Part shown: piece after piece, positions 1-7,409 of the stretch
How positions within the stretch are numbered: position 1 is the first letter of the stretch
How the letters are laid out: every line of letters begins with the position of its first letter
IMG/VR virus record: IMGVR_UViG_3300045988_109730
DNA length: 47,355 nt
Reading direction: 5' to 3' (one strand)
From: a virus
The notes under the pieces: model-generated
The model's input: the letters and a program-made list of their open reading frames with translations, nothing else
Told to the model about the DNA's origin: nothing
The model's database searches: none
Made by a program: the position numbers and the translations under genes

Positions 1-55
1 TGACAGCAACGGTTGATCCAGAAGGGTACGTTACATTTGAAACTATGCAGACAGC
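1..55. repeat. Terminal 55-bp overlap, identical to 47301-47355 (assembler circularisation signature)
   Basis: Exact identity of tgacagcaacggttgatccagaagggtacgttacatttgaaactatgcagacagc at both ends. The tail-fibre reading frame is continuous across the junction. Confidence 0.95.
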
Positions 56-776
56 GTTAAATACGCATACAGGAAACAAGAGCAACCCTCATAGTGTTAC
101 TAAGTCGCAAGTAGGCTTAGGGAACGTTCCGAACGTAGCGACAAATGATCAGACACCGACATATTCAGATACAACAACTCTTGTGACTTTATCAAGTGGC
201 GAGAAAATATCTATTGCATTTGCAAAGATTAAACTTGCAATTACAACTCTGATTAATCATCTTGCGAATAAAAGTAATCCTCACGGAGTTACTAAAAGCC
301 AAGTTGGATTAGGCAATGTGGAGAATAAAAGCAGTGCTACAATCCGTGGAGAATTAACCAAAGGTAATGTAACGACAGCCCTTGGTTATACGCCAGCAAA
401 TCAGACTGACATGACGAATGCACAGGATGCTATTACGCAGCTAAATTCTGACTTAAATAACAGAATAGAATTTACAATTACTAGCATAGATTCAAAATAT
501 GCATTCACCGGAAACAGTTATAAACATAATGGAAAAGTATATATAAATGGATATTTCCATTGCAATTCTCCTAGTGTTGGGATTACAACTTGTTTTTTTG
601 TTCCAGAAGGTTTTAGACCTAAAATAAAATGCGGATCGGCTTGCTATACCGATGATGATGTTAATTTTAATAATATTGGTGCTGTTAAAATTGACACAAA
701 TGGTGATATAACAATATATTTTCCTACAGTGTACTCAACATGTGTATATACCTCCATAGTATATGATATAGATTAA
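3..776 (+). CDS. Tail fibre protein, C-terminal part (continues from 46895-47300 across the circular junction)
   Basis: In frame with the ORF starting at 46895. Contains two copies of the tail-fibre repeat NKSNPH(S/G)VTKSQVGLGNV. Sits last in the baseplate/fibre module. Confidence 0.8.
   Translation, partial: TATVDPEGYVTFETMQTALNTHTGNKSNPHSVTKSQVGLGNVPNVATNDQTPTYSDTTTLVTLSSGEKISIAFAKIKLAITTLINHLANKSNPHGVTKSQVGLGNVENKSSATIRGELTKGNVTTALGYTPANQTDMTNAQDAITQLNSDLNNRIEFTITSIDSKYAFTGNSYKHNGKVYINGYFHCNSPSVGITTCFFVPEGFRPKIKCGSACYTDDDVNFNNIGAVKIDTNGDITIYFPTVYSTCVYTSIVYDID
435..451 (+). repeat. Left inverted repeat inside the tail fibre gene (acgcagctaaattctga, encodes TQLNS)
   Basis: 15/17 match (11 contiguous) to the reverse complement of 1059-1075. 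In codon phase in both genes. Confidence 0.55.
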
Positions 777-1087
777 TTTAATTTACGATAAATCATAAAA
801 TTAATCCTAACAACACCGTTTGTATCACTGGATAATCCTATGTTTATATTTAAATTTGTATTATCCCATTGTAAAGCAGCACCTGTTACCAGACCTTGAT
901 ACGCATTCCAATCACCGTTGCAAGCTGCTATATATAACTTTTCGTTATTTATGTCTGATATTTGCATGCCTAATGCTTTTGCAATTTCAGACTGACATCT
1001 TTGCCAGTAAATCATTTTGTTGATTGTTCCAGAAAATACTTTTGATAAAAATGCTCTTTCAGAATTTAGTTGTGTTGTTGAGAACAA
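773..1087 (-). CDS. Inverted ORF with no start signal: candidate alternative tail-fibre C-terminal (receptor-binding) cassette
   Basis: Fills the 325-bp gap after the fibre gene on the opposite strand. The ORF opens with TTG and has no Shine-Dalgarno. It begins with TTQLNSE, matching fibre ITQLNSD. Its C-terminus IGLSSDTNGVVRINF resembles fibre IGAVKIDTNGDITIYF. Confidence 0.45.
   Translation of the reverse strand: MFSTTQLNSERAFLSKVFSGTINKMIYWQRCQSEIAKALGMQISDINNEKLYIAACNGDWNAYQGLVTGAALQWDNTNLNINIGLSSDTNGVVRINFMIYRKLN
1059..1075 (-). repeat. Right inverted repeat (reverse complement acacaactaaattctga)
   Basis: Partner of 435-451. Lies at the 5' end of the inverted cassette. Confidence 0.55.
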
Positions 1088-1101
1088 GAAAGGAGAAAAA
1101 A

Positions 1102-2013
1102 GTGTCAGTAAAAACAGTACAAGCGACTATTAACGGTCAAACATATACACTGACTCTTAATAGTTCAACCGGCAAATATGAAGCTACGGTAACAGCTCCG
1201 TCGAAGAGTTCATACAATCAGAGTGGACATTATTACGGAGTAACGGTTAAGGTAACCGATGAGGCAGGAAACACAATCACAAAAGATGCAACCGACAGTA
1301 CGTTAGGATCATCACTGCAATTAAAGGTAAAAGAGAAGGTCGCTCCAGTTATTGCAATCGTGTCTCCAACGTCCGGATCATATTCGGCAAATAACAAGCC
1401 TGTAATTACCTGGAAGGTAACCGATTCCGATTCTGGTGTTAATCCAGCGACAATAGGCATCACGTTAGATAGCGGTACTAAGGTAACAGGCGATGCGATT
1501 ACTAAGACTTCGATCACAGGCGGATACCAGTGTACATATACACCTACAACAGCGTTGTCAGATGGAAGCCATACGATCAAGTTGGATGCATCTGATTATG
1601 ATGGCAACGCAGCAGCTACAAGCTCAACGTCATTTAAGGTAGATACAGTTCCACCAGTATTAACATTGTCCAGCCCAACGGATAAACTTATTACAAATCA
1701 AACTGCTTGCACAGTAAAAGGTAAAACAAACGATGCAACAAGCAGTCCTGTCACGGTAACAGTTAAACTTAATTCTTTAGCAGCAGAAGCAGTCACAGTT
1801 GGAAGCGATGGAGGCTTCAGCAAGGTTCTTACTCTTGCAGCAGGTACAAACACAATTACAGTTGTCGCAAAAGATGGTGCTGGTAAGACAACGACAATAA
1901 CACGTACCGTTACGTTAGACACAACCGCACCTGTGATCAAGAGTGTTACATTGACACCGAACCCAGTCGATGCTGGCAAAACATTTATCATATCCGTTGA
2001 AGTAACGGACTAG
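1102..2013 (+). CDS. Ig-like (bacterial Ig/He_PIG-type) repeat protein, probable tail-associated adhesin
   Basis: GTG start 6 nt after AAAGGAG (the track ORF starts upstream at 1024 with no RBS). Repeated beta-rich segments such as VAPVIAIVSP, VPPVLTLSSP and TAPVIKSVTLTP are typical of Ig-like domain repeats. Confidence 0.7.
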   Translation: MSVKTVQATINGQTYTLTLNSSTGKYEATVTAPSKSSYNQSGHYYGVTVKVTDEAGNTITKDATDSTLGSSLQLKVKEKVAPVIAIVSPTSGSYSANNKPVITWKVTDSDSGVNPATIGITLDSGTKVTGDAITKTSITGGYQCTYTPTTALSDGSHTIKLDASDYDGNAAATSSTSFKVDTVPPVLTLSSPTDKLITNQTACTVKGKTNDATSSPVTVTVKLNSLAAEAVTVGSDGGFSKVLTLAAGTNTITVVAKDGAGKTTTITRTVTLDTTAPVIKSVTLTPNPVDAGKTFIISVEVTD

Positions 2014-2023
2014 GTTAGTTGTT

Positions 2024-2275
2024 ATGGTAGTTCGACTAGAGGGGAATGTAAACGGAGAGTCAGTGATATTAACTAGATCCGCTGACTCTTTAGATTTATG
2101 GAAGTCCGTTATACCAGCCACATTAAACGGCAGGTATGTAATCGGATTAACTGCATATGATGAGGCAGGGAATGTAAGTAGCTATTCTACATACATACTT
2201 ACAGTAGATCTTAAAGCATTAAGAGTTTCACTGAAGCCTTTTGATTTGTATGCAACCTTGCACAACGAGAAATAA
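2024..2275 (+). CDS. Hypothetical protein (Ig-like-associated small protein)
   Basis: Co-directional, tightly packed ORF. The motif AYDEAGN is shared with the upstream Ig-like protein (TDEAGN). Confidence 0.5.
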   Translation: MVVRLEGNVNGESVILTRSADSLDLWKSVIPATLNGRYVIGLTAYDEAGNVSSYSTYILTVDLKALRVSLKPFDLYATLHNEK

Positions 2276-2298
2276 GAAGAAAAAAAGAGGAGGAGAAC

Positions 2299-2580
2299 AT
2301 GCAAAAAAAGAAAGTGATCATAATGCACCCGGGAGAATCCAGAACAGCAGTAATTACTATACATTCTATTAAAAATGAGAAATTTACAATTGAAAGTGCG
2401 GAGTATTCGCTAATATACATGAAAGACAAAGCTGAAGAAAGCACTGGAGTTTGTAATATTAAAGAACATGATATAGAAGCACTGATTTCTCCTCAAAAGC
2501 GTGGTACCTATACACTTGACATCAGATATGCAGTATTAGACGAAATCTTAATAGAGCATATAGAAGTGAAGGTGGTATGA
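2299..2580 (+). CDS. Hypothetical protein
   Basis: Strong RBS (aagaggagg) upstream of the ATG. Stop overlaps the next start. Confidence 0.6.
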   Translation: MQKKKVIIMHPGESRTAVITIHSIKNEKFTIESAEYSLIYMKDKAEESTGVCNIKEHDIEALISPQKRGTYTLDIRYAVLDEILIEHIEVKVV

Positions 2581-2759
2581 TGGCAGCAGAAATCATTGAA
2601 ATTAAGTCTGTAAGCCTGTCTCCTAACCCAGTACAGACCGGTGGAAAAGTTAAGATCAGCGTAGGACTTGAAGTAAACGAAAGTGATGTTAATTGCTTCT
2701 ATTGCATATTTTCTTCCGAATTAGAAACAAGTCAAGTAACAACGACAGCAACGGTGTAG
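2577..2759 (+). CDS. Hypothetical protein (short Ig-like fragment)
   Basis: ATGA overlap with the upstream gene. SVSLSPNPVQTGGKVKISV resembles SVTLTPNPVDAGKTFIISV at the end of the 1102-2013 protein. Confidence 0.45.
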   Translation: MMAAEIIEIKSVSLSPNPVQTGGKVKISVGLEVNESDVNCFYCIFSSELETSQVTTTATV

Positions 2760-2777
2760 CTGAGGAAGGAGACATAT

Positions 2778-3089
2778 TTGGATGATGAATACATAAGTAG
2801 AAATGAACATAATGCATTTGCGAGTGATGTTGATCATGAGCAAACCCGACAAAACAAAAGAATTGAAGCGTTAGAAGTGACAGTAAGACAGATCAATGAC
2901 CTTACATTGTCAGTTCAAAAACTTGCGATCAATATGGAACATATGCTTGTTAATCAGACAGAGCAGAGCAAACGGCTTGAAGAGTTAGAAAACCGAGACG
3001 GAGAAAAATGGAGAAGCATCTCTATGTATGTCCTAACAGCAGTTGTCGGGGCAGTAATCGGATTCGTACTCAAACAAGCTGGATTATAA
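2778..3089 (+). CDS. XhlA-like lysis-associated membrane protein
   Basis: N-terminal coiled coil, RDGEKW motif and a single C-terminal TM helix. Lies immediately upstream of the holin and endolysin. TTG start after GGAAGGAG. Confidence 0.6.
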   Translation: MDDEYISRNEHNAFASDVDHEQTRQNKRIEALEVTVRQINDLTLSVQKLAINMEHMLVNQTEQSKRLEELENRDGEKWRSISMYVLTAVVGAVIGFVLKQAGL

Positions 3090-3105
3090 AAAGGAGAAAT
3101 AAATC

Positions 3106-3624
3106 ATGAAAGAATTATTTGAACAGAATAAAGTGCTATTCCTGGCAGTGATCACAGCGTTGATCATTGTCTTTTTAGTTAAGAAGCTGATCGACTATAT
3201 CACTAGAAAAGGTCTGGAAGGGATCAGACTGGATGTTTACAAGCTGTTTGTAGAAGCAGAGAAAACCTTCCGTGCATCCAAGCAAGGACAGCAGAAATTT
3301 GATTATGTAATACATATGGCCAGAGGACTTTTGCCCAAACCTATTCAATTATTTGTAAGCGAGAGCATGTTAAAAGAAGCTGTGCAACTGTGGTTTGACG
3401 GTATTAAAGATCTACTCGATGATGGTAAATTAAATAATTCAGTATACGATTTAGAAGATGTTGAGGAAGTCAGCAGAGAAGATAAGATCAATCATACGAC
3501 AGAGTTAGATGACGGAACATGGACAAATTACGCAGAGACTCCGTTACCTGAAACTGAATTAGAAGATCCAGAGGAACAGGAACAGACAGAAGATAATCAG
3601 GCAGCAGCAGAACAGGAGGTGTAG
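3106..3624 (+). CDS. Putative holin (single N-terminal TM, LL-H-like) with acidic C-terminal tail
   Basis: TM segment VLFLAVITALIIVFLV. Positioned directly before the endolysin. Confidence 0.5.
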   Translation: MKELFEQNKVLFLAVITALIIVFLVKKLIDYITRKGLEGIRLDVYKLFVEAEKTFRASKQGQQKFDYVIHMARGLLPKPIQLFVSESMLKEAVQLWFDGIKDLLDDGKLNNSVYDLEDVEEVSREDKINHTTELDDGTWTNYAETPLPETELEDPEEQEQTEDNQAAAEQEV

Positions 3625-3628
3625 ACAT

Positions 3629-4423
3629 ATGAGAATCGCATTGACAGTAGGACACAGTTTGCTTAAAAATGGATCATATACATCAGCAAGTGGAGAAGAT
3701 TGCGGTGGAGTAAACGAGTATAAGTACAATAAAAAGCTGATGAAAAAGGTAAAAAAATATCTGGAGAGTGACGGACACAGTGTTGATCTGTATATCTGCC
3801 CAGAGAAAGTATTTACCGCTGCATCACAGGAAAAATCATGGAAACTGACACGTTTAAATGCAAAGAACTATGATCTCGTCGTAGAAGGTCATTTGAATTG
3901 CTATAATGGAAAAGCACACGGAACAGAAGTATTATACGTTTCCGAAAATGGTAAGAGGTACGCAAAGAGAGTACAGAAGAAACTGGTATCCGCTGGATTT
4001 ACAGATCGTGACGTGCAGAAGAGAACAAACCTGTACATGCTGAATGGCACAAAGGCAACAACGATCATGACAGAGAGCTTTTTCTGTGACTCCAAGCCCG
4101 ATTATAAGATCGGTAAAAACGTTAATAAGATTGCTAAGCTGATCGCAGAGGGAATCTGTAATAAAAAGCTGGGAACAGCTACAAAGGTCAAAGAGGCCGT
4201 AAAAACGACAGTATCAAAAGTTGTTAATAAGACTGCATATGCTAAGGTTGTTACAAAGTCCGATCCACTGATGATCAGACAGAGTGCAAACGTATCATCT
4301 AAGATCATTGGTAAGATTCCGAAGAAATCTAAAGTTGAAGTATTGAAAAAAGGCAGCACTTGGACGAAAGTTAAGTACAAGAGTGTAACAGGGTATTCAG
4401 CTACAAGATACCTTAAATTTTAA
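3629..4423 (+). CDS. Endolysin: N-acetylmuramoyl-L-alanine amidase with C-terminal SH3-like cell-wall binding domain
   Basis: Amidase_3-like N-terminus (GHSL..., EGHLN, TESFFCD). C-terminal SH3b-like region (IRQSANVSSKIIGKIPKKSKVEVL...WTKVKY). Confidence 0.85.
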   Translation: MRIALTVGHSLLKNGSYTSASGEDCGGVNEYKYNKKLMKKVKKYLESDGHSVDLYICPEKVFTAASQEKSWKLTRLNAKNYDLVVEGHLNCYNGKAHGTEVLYVSENGKRYAKRVQKKLVSAGFTDRDVQKRTNLYMLNGTKATTIMTESFFCDSKPDYKIGKNVNKIAKLIAEGICNKKLGTATKVKEAVKTTVSKVVNKTAYAKVVTKSDPLMIRQSANVSSKIIGKIPKKSKVEVLKKGSTWTKVKYKSVTGYSATRYLKF

Positions 4424-4428
4424 ATCGA

Positions 4429-4457
4429 ACCAGGGAGAAATCCCTGGTCTTTTTTTA
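4429..4457 (+). terminator. Rho-independent terminator after the lysis module
   Basis: accaggga-gaaa-tccctggt stem-loop followed by a T7 run. Confidence 0.85.
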
Positions 4458-4757
4458 TTATAAAAGGGGGTATTATTCTGTTGAAAAAGAGTGTATTTTC
4501 TTGCAAAAAAACAAAAAACAAAAAATACCCCTTTTTCAACAGATGGATACATTAAAAAGCTTGATTTTATGCGGATTTCAAGGAATTTAAGATATCGGTT
4601 ATGAACCGAAATACTGCAGTTATAGGTTCATGGCGGAGAAAATGAAGCACTTATTAAGCAACTGAACAGTTGGATTCCAACAAAATATCTTACTATTGTA
4701 AAATAAAAGCGATTGCCGATGGCATCATCACAGGGTAAAGAAAAATAATATTTCTAT

Positions 4758-4774
4758 GTTACTAATTTGTTACT
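4758..4774 (+). repeat. 17-bp direct repeat gttactaatttgttact (second copy at 4930-4946), candidate integrase arm-type site in attP
   Basis: Exact 17-mer repeated 172 bp apart in the non-coding region 3' of int. Confidence 0.5.
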
Positions 4775-4849
4775 AAATATAGCATTTTAGAGGCAGTTTA
4801 GAAGTATTAAAACATTCAACAAATGGCTTAAATACGATGTTTTGGGCAT

Positions 4850-4878
4850 TTGTTATTTGAAAATATTTATGGTATAAT
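4850..4878 (+). promoter_or_regulatory. Candidate sigma-A promoter (TTGTTA-17-TGgTATAAT) pointing into the int 3' end
   Basis: Read directly from the sequence: 17-nt spacer and an extended -10. Confidence 0.35.
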
Positions 4879-4889
4879 AATTTTGCAAT

Positions 4890-4923
4890 GTTAGGAAATG
4901 GCTTAAAATGGTCATTTCCTAAC
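4890..4923. other. Perfect 11-bp stem hairpin (gttaggaaatg/catttcctaac) just 3' of int
   Basis: Perfect inverted repeat with a 12-nt loop. Possible int terminator or recombination-site element. Confidence 0.5.
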
Positions 4924-4963
4924 ATATGTGTTACTAATTTGTTACTTGTTGAATGGAAATTTA

Positions 4964-5989
4964 TTATTTCAACAAGAGAATAGTATCTCTCAATTGTTCC
5001 ACTGTTTTATGATTATAAACCCTATTTCCAACATCTTTAGATTTGTGCCCCATCAGCATATCAATACACTTTCTATTACCACCTGCATTATCAAGGAATG
5101 TTTCAAAAGTATGTCTAGCTTCATGAGGAGTTTTCTTCTTCTTTGTTATATAAGAAATAACAGTTTTCCATTCTTCATAAAAATCCCCTTTTTTAAATTT
5201 AGATCCTTCATCAGTTTCTAAAAAATATTCATTACTTTTCTTTAGCCGATTTTTCACAAACGGCATGATACGAGGATGGATTGGCACAATTCTGTTCTTC
5301 CCTGAAGAAGATTTGCTTCCGCCTTTAAAATATTCTTCTTCAAGATTGATCTGATCACATGTCATATTTAACAATTCCATTAATCTGAATCCGGTGTAAA
5401 TATAGATTAATACAATATCTACATTTTTTTGATCAGATATTTTCCACAGAGCTTCAACTTCTTTTTCAGTGAATGGAGTGCGTTTAGTTTCTCCCTGTTC
5501 TGTGCTGACAGAAATTATTTGAGAATACATCTTATCTATAATGTCTAATTCAAATGCAAAATTATCTAAATGCCACCAAAGTGCTTTGATATGAGATTGT
5601 GTAGCGTAACTACGACCACAATCGTCCATGGTTGCTTGCATATGATAAGCTCGTATTTGCCTATATTTCTTTCCGTACAGTTTTTGACAATGTTTATAAG
5701 CTGCTTTAAGTGTATATAAACGAGAACTTCCAAGTTTAGGAGCTTTTACTTCAAGCCATCGCTTATATAATTCTGCAAGAGTGACGCGATTGCGATCAAT
5801 ATTCCAAGGATTATCATTGTACCTGGCTAAAATAATATTTGCCTCTTCACGAGTAGCAGCATAGTCCACTGGGACCTGCCTTCCGTGTCCATCTTCATCG
5901 TATGTAGTGACTTTAATCACATAAGGGCGTGAACGATTACCTTTTAATTTTGTCACACTGCCGTAGCCGTTGGGGTTTCTTCTTGCCAT
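4964..5989 (-). CDS. int: Tyrosine recombinase / phage integrase
   Basis: C-terminal catalytic signature HEARHTF...LMGH...VYNH. N-terminal arm-binding-like segment GYGSVTKLKGNRSRPYVIKV. Confidence 0.9.
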   Translation of the reverse strand: MARRNPNGYGSVTKLKGNRSRPYVIKVTTYDEDGHGRQVPVDYAATREEANIILARYNDNPWNIDRNRVTLAELYKRWLEVKAPKLGSSRLYTLKAAYKHCQKLYGKKYRQIRAYHMQATMDDCGRSYATQSHIKALWWHLDNFAFELDIIDKMYSQIISVSTEQGETKRTPFTEKEVEALWKISDQKNVDIVLIYIYTGFRLMELLNMTCDQINLEEEYFKGGSKSSSGKNRIVPIHPRIMPFVKNRLKKSNEYFLETDEGSKFKKGDFYEEWKTVISYITKKKKTPHEARHTFETFLDNAGGNRKCIDMLMGHKSKDVGNRVYNHKTVEQLRDTILLLK

Positions 5990-6041
5990 ATATCATCATT
6001 CCTTTCTAAAAAAAGGGTACAAAAAATACACCCTTATCAAA

Positions 6042-6070
6042 TTGTGTTTTTGCAGGATGTATGATATAAT
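6042..6070 (+). promoter_or_regulatory. Candidate promoter TTGTGT-17-(TGa)TATAAT
   Basis: Extended -10 TGaTATAAT at 6062-6070. Confidence 0.4.
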
Positions 6071-6076
6071 TCTGGT

Positions 6077-6156
6077 GTCGAGTCAGAAGCATATCACACA
6101 CCACGTTGTTGATAGGTTTCTAAATTCCGTCTGGTTGTCAGCCAGGCGGTTTTTTA
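6077..6156 (+). ncRNA. Candidate ~80-nt small RNA (promoter plus intrinsic terminator, no ORF)
   Basis: Terminator ccgtctgg-ttgtcag-ccaggcgg followed by TTTTTTATTTT at 6127-6160. No coding potential between the promoter and terminator. Confidence 0.35.
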
Positions 6157-6203
6157 TTTTGACCATTTTGGTGAAGTTACCGAAATGGTATTTAGTAAAT
6201 TGT

Positions 6204-6223
6204 TTTGTCAGAGTCTGACAAAA
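6204..6223. repeat. 20-bp palindromic element tttgtcagagtctgacaaaa, copy 1
   Basis: Identical to 7385-7404. The two copies bracket the HEPN-like gene. Confidence 0.9.
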
Positions 6224-6251
6224 GTATTTTGTATAAAAATCTGTGCATAAA

Positions 6252-6280
6252 TTGACAGATGATGTATAAACTATTATAAT
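6252..6280 (+). promoter_or_regulatory. Perfect consensus promoter TTGACA-17-TATAAT, antisense and convergent to the HEPN-like gene
   Basis: TTGACA at 6252-6257, an exact 17-nt spacer, TATAAT at 6275-6280. No plus-strand gene lies downstream. Confidence 0.6.
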
Positions 6281-6370
6281 GACAATAAGTTAACTCGAGA
6301 AGGATATGGCTGGGTTCCTGAATGGGAGTAGGCAGTAATGCTTAGAATTTCCTTTGCCCCTGGGGTTGAC

Positions 6371-7345
6371 TTATTTTTTTGTCTTAATATTATCTAAAAT
6401 ATGTTCTGGATCTTTTGTAAGTTCGACCACAATAAAATCAATTGCTTGCTGAGAATAGGTATATTGTGGTTGTTCATACTGTGTATGAATATAACAAAAC
6501 TTTTGATTGGCTTTTAATCCATAGTGTTTACAAAAATTATTAAAATGAAAACGGTTAAACTCAGTATTTTTACCATTATATTTTAACTGAATATTTTTCT
6601 TACTTATTTGTTTTTGTATAGCATCGATACAATGTTTTGCAGTATAACAGTGTGTTTTGTTTGGATCTTTCAGCTCTTTAATGATCTGCACAGGAGTATC
6701 AGCTGATTTATCAACTTTTACAAAAGAAGTAGCTTCTTCTTTTTTCTTTGTAATATAATGATGATGTTCTATGGTGATTGCAAATTTAGCATTATTATTC
6801 TGGGATAGAGTATCAATAGCATCACGTGTTTTGAATATTTTTGTAGCAATCTGTTCAGGATATTTTGCAATTATTTCAGATTCATTCAGGGCTTTCATGC
6901 TGACAGACAGTGTTAGAAAGTTTTGAGGAATGATTTCTGTCATGTCTATAGAATGAAATAACATCATTTTGTCATTAAAATTCAATATACAAGATTGAAA
7001 TAATGGAACATATACCATTTCATATTCTTCTACAATAAAGTGTGTACTGGTATTGCGAAGATCAATAATTTTTTCAAGATTGATACGAAGAGGATCTTTA
7101 TTATTTGTAAATACTTGTTGGATACAGTTTTCCAAAGATAAAGTTCGTTCTGGATTATCTTTATAATATATACTATTTTCGCCTTTTGCTTTTATCATAT
7201 AAGCTTTAAGCATTAATTCCCAGGCATTGCAGATAAAGAAACTAAAACCTTCAATTCTATATTTGATTGTTGGTTTATTGTATATTTCTATTGCCATGGT
7301 AAAAGCTTCTTTTGATTTGTCAAGTAGTTTTTCTGTAAGGTCCAT
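6371..7345 (-). CDS. HEPN-like (DUF3644-like) protein with RNxxxH motif, putative RNase effector
   Basis: ATG at 7345 lies 7 nt after AAGGAG. The track TTG start at 7402 would translate the palindrome. Motif RNTSTH is encoded at 7040-7057. The N-terminal domain is helical. Confidence 0.6.
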   Translation of the reverse strand: MDLTEKLLDKSKEAFTMAIEIYNKPTIKYRIEGFSFFICNAWELMLKAYMIKAKGENSIYYKDNPERTLSLENCIQQVFTNNKDPLRINLEKIIDLRNTSTHFIVEEYEMVYVPLFQSCILNFNDKMMLFHSIDMTEIIPQNFLTLSVSMKALNESEIIAKYPEQIATKIFKTRDAIDTLSQNNNAKFAITIEHHHYITKKKEEATSFVKVDKSADTPVQIIKELKDPNKTHCYTAKHCIDAIQKQISKKNIQLKYNGKNTEFNRFHFNNFCKHYGLKANQKFCYIHTQYEQPQYTYSQQAIDFIVVELTKDPEHILDNIKTKK

Positions 7346-7384
7346 ATGTTTACTCCTTATTATACCTGCTGTACTTTTTACTGC

Positions 7385-7404
7385 TTTGTCAGAGTCTGAC
7401 AAAA
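7385..7404. repeat. 20-bp palindromic element tttgtcagagtctgacaaaa, copy 2
   Basis: Identical to 6204-6223. Lies between the SAP gene stop and the HEPN-like gene start. Confidence 0.9.
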
Positions 7405-7409
7405 TAAAT

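Noticed and set aside
45-1087. Diversity-generating retroelement (DGR) acting on the tail fibre C-terminus
   Set aside because: There is no reverse transcriptase gene anywhere in the window and no template/variable repeat pair with adenine-specific differences.
1024-1101. Track start at 1024 for the Ig-like protein, and the plus-strand ORF 820-1023
   Set aside because: No RBS and low-complexity hydrophobic translation. The GTG at 1102 has AAAGGAG upstream. 820-1023 is the shadow of the minus-strand cassette.
2744-2755. 12-nt identity (gacagcaacggt) between the end of ORF 2577-2759 and the contig-junction region (2-13)
   Set aside because: Tens of 12-mer coincidences are expected by chance in 47 kb, and there is no extended similarity.
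4928-6218. Plus-strand ORFs 4928-5221 and 5970-6218
   Set aside because: The first is antisense to int. The second spans the int start and a non-coding region that is better explained by the promoter/terminator unit. Neither has an RBS.
7361-7366. TATAAT at 7361-7366 (minus strand) as the HEPN-like gene promoter
   Set aside because: It abuts the RBS, so a transcript starting there would lack the Shine-Dalgarno, and there is no acceptable -35. The gene is more likely co-transcribed or processed at the palindrome.
7346-7402. TTG start at 7402 for the HEPN-like ORF (343 aa in the track)
   Set aside because: The first codons (SDSDK) are just the translated palindrome. The ATG at 7345 has AAGGAG 7 nt upstream.
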